A stretch of DNA of 64,000 bases from Laetmonice hystrix (Eukaryota): contig OZ249440.1 in NCBI GenBank assembly GCA_965235115.1, positions 35,218,001 to 35,282,000 on the forward strand. Direction: 5' to 3'. Numbering within the stretch: position 1 is the first letter of the stretch; every line of letters begins with the position of its first letter. Made by a program: the position numbers and the translations under genes. Shown here one piece after another: positions 58,471 to 64,000 of this stretch. The notes beneath the pieces were generated by a model. It worked only from the letters and a program-made list of their open reading frames with translations. It was not told where the DNA came from and ran no database searches.

Positions 58471-60129
58471 GGCTACGTCACAGTCTCACCTGGCGAAGTG
58501 ACGAGTGTGACCGACTCGTAGAAGAGCTAGACAAAAAGGCGGAGTCGGCAATGTCCAAGAGAGCAGGAGGCAGCTAATGAAGCGTGTGCTTGGGGCCGCA
58601 TCTAAGAGGGCGCCCCCACAAGAACTCGCCACAAATCAAGAATGGGAAGTCTCCACGGAAAATTTTTTTTTTTTTTTTTTTAACATAACTATAGAAGATT
58701 CAGCGATGTCCGCAAATATTTCAATACCGCTTTTATAATAATTTGTTCTTTTGGAGACGTCACTATTTGTAACTATTTCTACGGGAAAGAAGATGCAGTG
58801 CGAGAATAAAAAGAAATGATATTTGATATGCGGAAAACTATGACTCTTTGTTTTCATGACGATAATGAAAAATAGCTCAATATTATCAAATAACAATTGG
58901 AATTGTTAAATCTAATATTTAATGGGATATAATCGGCTACAACTTTGAAACGTCACTGCTTGCGCCAGTAAAGCTATATTATATTCACAATTTAACAGCA
59001 TATACACAATTATTTTCTTTTAAATTTCGAGAATATTTGAATTTAATGGAATATAATTTAGTAAATGCGAAATTTTATTGAAGTTTAATTCACCAGAAAC
59101 ATGAAGATTAATATGACTTATAGGTTCATAAATATGAAATGTCACATTGTTAATTTCAAGAATATTTAAATTTAAGAAAATATACTATAATAAATGTGAA
59201 ATTTGAGTGAAGTTAACTTCCTCAGAAACGTGAAGATTAATTTTATATTCTGTTCCAGAAATATGAAATGTCGCATTTTGTTGAAAATAATGAAATATTA
59301 AATGTGAAAATATACCAAGAAATACTCCAGGTTTATATCACCATTAAATGTGGAAGTTTAAGATTTTCTTAAAGGTTAATTAAACGTACTGTAAATCTGA
59401 AATTTAATTATAGTTTAGTTGTGATTAAACGTGATTAAATATGACATTTAAGACCACATAAATATAATATAAGTTTCACTTAAACGCTTTATTTCATGCA
59501 GTGAAATCTGCTGATTTGGCCCATCCGCATTACCTATCCCACCCACACAAACCAACCTCATCATCTACGAGTGCCACTTCCCAACCAAATCAGCATTACA
59601 GCTAAGGGGAACTGGTTGGCACCACCACCCCCCCCCCCCCCCTCAACTCAGTTCAGCCTACAGCCCTTTAAATCCCTAGCTTTACCAAATGATTTCAAGA
59701 ATCCATACAATCAATCATAGAAACTGACCCACTAATAATTTAACCTATTCATTTTACCAACCCTTTGTTTTCCACTAGAAAGTCTCTATTCCATGTGCAG
59801 TGCCTTACAAGATATTTTATTACGACAACTCAACAGTATTTTTTACTATATACCCTAATTTAAATATTGGTAATTGCTTAAATATTTTCAACTGATGAGG
59901 AAAAAAATGTCACAATCATGGCACAGACACTGACTTTAAAATGGTAGTCTCCATCAATGACCAGGACCATGACATCAGCTGCGCAAAACAGGTTCTGCCC
60001 GACAAGATGGGGACAATAACTCTACAGCAGATCCTGCCACTCCTCCCCATGCACGTCACGTGCAACATGACTGGCACACGCATAACATCATTTACTGACT
60101 AAGCCAAAAGTATGAAGAGATGAACAGTT

Positions 60130-60442
60130 CAGGGTTTTCATACCTTATTCGTTTTGATAAACACAGTAAGGTGTATAGCTTGACAAAACTGTTTCTAATA
60201 CTGTACCTTGAGCACTTTACTTTTTGAAATAAGTTTCTAGATGTATTTTTTTCAATATTTTACACTTGTCTACAGAGTAGGCATAAAAGAGGTCTTCAAG
60301 GTACATGTCATTAGTGTACGGAGTACACATTCTCTAAGATACCCAGATCAAAAATAGATTCTTTATTTTTTAATTTAGAGACAGACTGACTTCACTGTGT
60401 TTATCACTGTGTTTATCAAAACAATAAGGTATGAAAACCCTG
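60130..60442. mobile_element. MITE with TIRs of about 38 bp
   Basis: CAGGGTTTTCATACCTTATT(C)GTTTTGATAAACACAGT mirrored at both ends; TSD not evident. Confidence 0.8.
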
Positions 60443-60446
60443 ACCA

Positions 60447-61371
60447 TGAGTGAGTGAGTGAGTAGTGGTGGTTTTACGCCGTGTCGGCATCTGGGGCCAT
60501 ATTCACGGCGAAAACAGAGTTATAAGACCATAAAACCAAAGGAACCTATTTTATCCCGGGTCCCAACGGGAACACCACCAAAACACATCTATAAAAGATT
60601 CAGAAGTCCAGCCTCTGACAAGAACTCTAAAATCACTCCTGGTCTGATATTGCTAAAAAGATCCTTAAGACTTGTCTCATTATAAAACCTTTGTCTGATG
60701 AGAGTAAAATCACCACATTCGAGTAAAAGATGCTTCAGTGTCAAAGGACACTGACAGCCATGACATTCTGGAGGTGGCTCCCCCTTCAATAAAAACACAT
60801 GAGTTAATCTAGAATGACCAACTCTGCATCGAGTAAAAACAATTTCATGCCTACGTTGGGTTAGGCCATGACGGTACCTTTGGTTCACGATGGGACTGAT
60901 CTGATACAATTTATTGTTTGGTTGTTCATCCCATTCAGCCTGCCATTTGTTCCTAACGTAAGCCCAGATGGTAGGTCTGAGATCAGAGGCAGGGATTGGA
61001 CACAGTTCGACGTCTGTTTCAAGAGCCCTCTTGGCAGTTCTGTCAGCTTGCTCATTGCCCGGGATGCCAACATGACCAGGCACCCAGCAAAAGTGAATAT
61101 CAAAGTTTGCATTGGCAAGCACTGCCAACTTGGACAAGATTTGAACGATCACTGGGTGATCTGTGTTCAAGTTAGCAAGTGCTTGCAGACAGGATAAGGA
61201 ATCCGAGAAAATGAGAAAACCCTTTTCACTAGAAACTTCAATATTTTCAAGGGCAAGAAGCAGGGCCCGGGCCTCTGCTGAGAAGATGGAACTTTGCCCC
61301 GAGATGCGGGTGCCGAAGTTGTGCTTGCCATGAACTGCAGCCGCAGACACATCACTGCCATCCTTTGAGCC
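60447..61371 (-). mobile_element. 5'-truncated I-group LINE with subfamily-B 3' UTR
   Basis: RNase H-CCHC ORF and (CACT)n tail; no TSD found. Confidence 0.93.
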
Positions 61372-62425
61372 CCAAGCACAGATGACATCCAAGTTGGTGA
61401 CTGCTGGATCGTGCAGTATGATGGTGAACTCTTCCCAGGAGAAGTTAAGCAAATTAATAATGGGAATTTTGAAGTCAGTGTCATGCACAAGACCGGCACA
61501 AGCACCTGGAAGTGGCCTGCTCAAGAAGACAAGATTTTCTATGTCAGAGAAAATATAAAAAAAAATCCAGCCACCCACCATGGTGAATGAAATAGGCCAC
61601 TGACCACTGGGGCGCTCAGTTCCTAGACTTCTCTGGTTGTCTTTGCCTTGTTGTTTTCAGTGTTAGTGGTATTCATTCAGGAAGAATTTGAATAAAAGTT
61701 TGGCCAAGTGTTTGCTCTTAATACTTTGAGCTTATTATTGTTAATGGACAGTTTTTAAAACCATTTTGAAATGAGCAATAGAGTTTTGGATGAAAGTGCA
61801 TTCTAGACATCTCACAATATTAGCGGATGCTGGAAAATCCAGTCACAAATTTTAGGTTCATAGTTTGAACACCTTGGAAAGGAAGTCACAAAGATCTTAT
61901 AACCTACATTCGTGCATAAGTGTGCTTATTTTATCCTATCAATCATTCATCATGGGACAATATTGACTTTTTTGAGAACAAAGTTTCATTTTACATCAGT
62001 GGACAAAATGTAACGTCCATCACCTAACATCCGTCACACAGAATTTTGAACAATTTTATATTTGCCCGCTAAGAGACTCTCATTTGGAGATATATTTTAA
62101 TTTGTATTTTAGCAGGACTAGTCACCCTATAATCCCGGAGGAAACATTCATTTGTATCATTGCTGAGTTCAGAGAATTTTGTAATAAATTTGGGCCTACT
62201 TTTTTCCATGTCTTTTTCCAGTAACGTCCGTCACGCTCATAATTTCGGTTCATGTGAAAGACGCAGACATCACTGGATGTCTTTTCTTCCCCCATTAAAC
62301 AGCCTCAGACCTAAGTTAGTACCACACATAAGGTTAGGTTCCTTGGGGTACAACTTGAGCTGTGAGAGTAGTTGGAAAGGCTCAAAGTCCCTCTGAATGT
62401 AACGTCCGTCACGGTGGAATTGCCC
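61372..62425 (+). mobile_element. Right-end remnant of a DNA transposon (Sola2-like, tentative)
   Basis: Peptide VGDCWIVQYDGELFPGEV...VMHKTGTSTWKWPAQEDKIFY; subterminal TAACGTCCGTCAC repeats; terminus CACGGTGGAATTGCCC (GGG start on the minus strand). Confidence 0.5.
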
Positions 62426-63764
62426 GGACTGAAGATCGCTGTCAACAAGCTTCAGCCTCCGTCCACTGCGGTTAAATGGTTGGGTATTAATATAGATACC
62501 AGAAACAATCTACTGACGATTCCAGAACCTAAACTACAACAAATACAGTACTCTTTGGCTCAATCATCACTAAAGAAAACTGTTACCGTTAAACAGTTAC
62601 AGAGAATAGTCGGCCTGGTCAACCATCTGGCAAAAGTCGTCCTGCCAGCTCGGCTTTATATCGGGAGACTATTGGCTTGTTATGTTCTGTGGCTTTGTCC
62701 GGCAGAGCAACATAGCCCCAAAGTCTGTAGCTGCCTTTGATGCTACCCGCCACCTGACACGAGGTGATATTGAGGTCTCATGGCCTGTTGCTCTCATTAA
62801 AGTGGTCGAAGACGATGCAAACATCAGCTACTCCGACCACGGTATATCTGGAGGCGATTCCTGGCTCGCCCCTCTGCCCGCTCAAAGCATACAATGACCT
62901 GCTACAGGTATCGCCGACCCGGGCCATGGACCAGCCGCTGCTGCAGTATCAGGACGGGAATACCATGACCGCCCCCTTCATTGCTCGCCAATGGGCAGAC
63001 CTGTTGACGAGGGTGGGACAAGATCCCGCACACATCTCCCTCCACAGCCTACGCCGTGGGGGTGCGTCCTACGCCTTCCATGACAGGGCCAACATACAGG
63101 ACGTAATGAGCCATGGCACCTGGAGGACGGAGGCAGTCAGGAACTATATCCGCCCAGATGTAATGCACCGGACGTCCGTCCACAAACCCCTTCAAAATTT
63201 ATAATACCTACGGTTTAGCCTCCTACCTTTTACTTAGGTTCTTAACAAGTTTTGTACATGTTCCATTTTTAAGTGTACATACGCCTGGCGCGGTTCCGTG
63301 CGCCCTGTGTCATTTTACCCCCACAATAAACTATTTTATCATAGTCTGGCCTTTAATTTTGTAATGGGGCCTGCAATTGCATGATGTTATGTAATCGCGG
63401 GACATTACAAACGGCCAAAAGCAGACACTATCACGTGACAAGGTCACGTGTGGCCGGAGCGCCAGCATATGGACACCGGCCACTAACTGTTTCAACACTT
63501 GCACCGAAGGCATCAGACAGCCCAAAAAAGACCCACCCACCACAACCCTTAATCTATTTATTTATCTGATTATTATGGACTAATACATTTTACTTAGGTT
63601 CTTAACAAGTTTTTACGGCCTCCTACCTTTTACTTAGGTTCTTAACAAGTTTTTTACATGTTCCATTTTTAAGTGTACATACGCCTGGCGCGGTTCCGCA
63701 CGCCGTGTCATTTTACCTCCACAATAAACTATTTTATCATAGTCTGGCCTTTAATTTTGTAATG
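62426..63764 (+). mobile_element. DIRS/Ngaro-type tyrosine-recombinase retrotransposon remnant
   Basis: RT C-terminus KWLGINIDT...LQRIVGLVN...ARLYIGRLL; YR FCGFVRQSN...SKT...CPL...HSLRRGGAS...HGTW...YI; downstream direct repeats of about 148 bp at 63218-63366 and 63618-63764. Confidence 0.85.
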
Positions 63765-64000
63765 TGACGCAAACACTTTAATAAGAAGTACTGAAAAACC
63801 GCTATTTGGGGGTAGAGGAAACGAAGCTAGCAATATCTTCGCACCTTCTGGGTTTACAGCAGCATACTACCACTCAAAATGTTGGTATTGAACCCTTCTT
63901 TCAAATGAGGTATAGTATATGCAAATTTAGCTATCATACAGGTCACTAGAGGTCAAAAGGTCACAAAATCGTTACCTTGCCTAAAATCTAGGAAGGGTCA

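Larger units (their letters stand above)
54066..58640 (+). pseudogene. Exon of a C14orf93/DUF4616-like protein (probably transposon-borne), split by a solo LTR and a LINE
   Basis: AG|KLSRRIQA...LEFMSSEEEG...VVKRL joins in frame to TWRSDECDRLVEELDK after removing the inserts and one GTCT; family assignment from the MSSEE...WRS motif only. Confidence 0.5.

Noticed and set aside
58660..59500. Poly(T) run and AT-rich tract as a processed pseudogene or SINE
   Set aside because: No ORF, Pol III boxes or TSD could be identified.
60589..61581. 330-aa ORF with a hydrophobic N-terminus fused to RNase H
   Set aside because: The N-terminus is the antisense of a DNA-transposon fragment; a junction artefact.

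Overview
Eukaryotic (metazoan, probably invertebrate) DNA made almost entirely of nested transposable elements; no ordinary host gene, rRNA, tRNA or CRISPR array could be supported. The dominant family is an I-group (I/Nimb-like) non-LTR retrotransposon (ORF1 with 3 CCHC knuckles; ORF2 APE-RT-RNaseH-CCHC; (CACT)n tail; 12-14 bp TSDs), present in about 11 copies of two subfamilies. One copy has both ORFs intact (18265-23243, minus) and sits in a two-copy head-to-tail insert bracketed by a single TSD. Also present: Gypsy, BEL/Pao and DIRS/Ngaro remnants, a solo LTR, a complete MULE with a 9-bp TSD, an intron-containing DD91E (Sailor-like) transposase, pogo-like and Sola-like remnants, and several MITEs. 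The most striking observation is two divergent LINE-type ORF1 proteins (27494-28790 and 46577-47886, both minus), each carrying a C-terminal NADAR/YbiA (N-glycosidase / guanine-ADP-ribosylhydrolase-family) domain; the first is followed by two SGNH-esterase ORFs and then a CR1/L2-type endonuclease. All domain calls are by eye from motifs; no searches were run.
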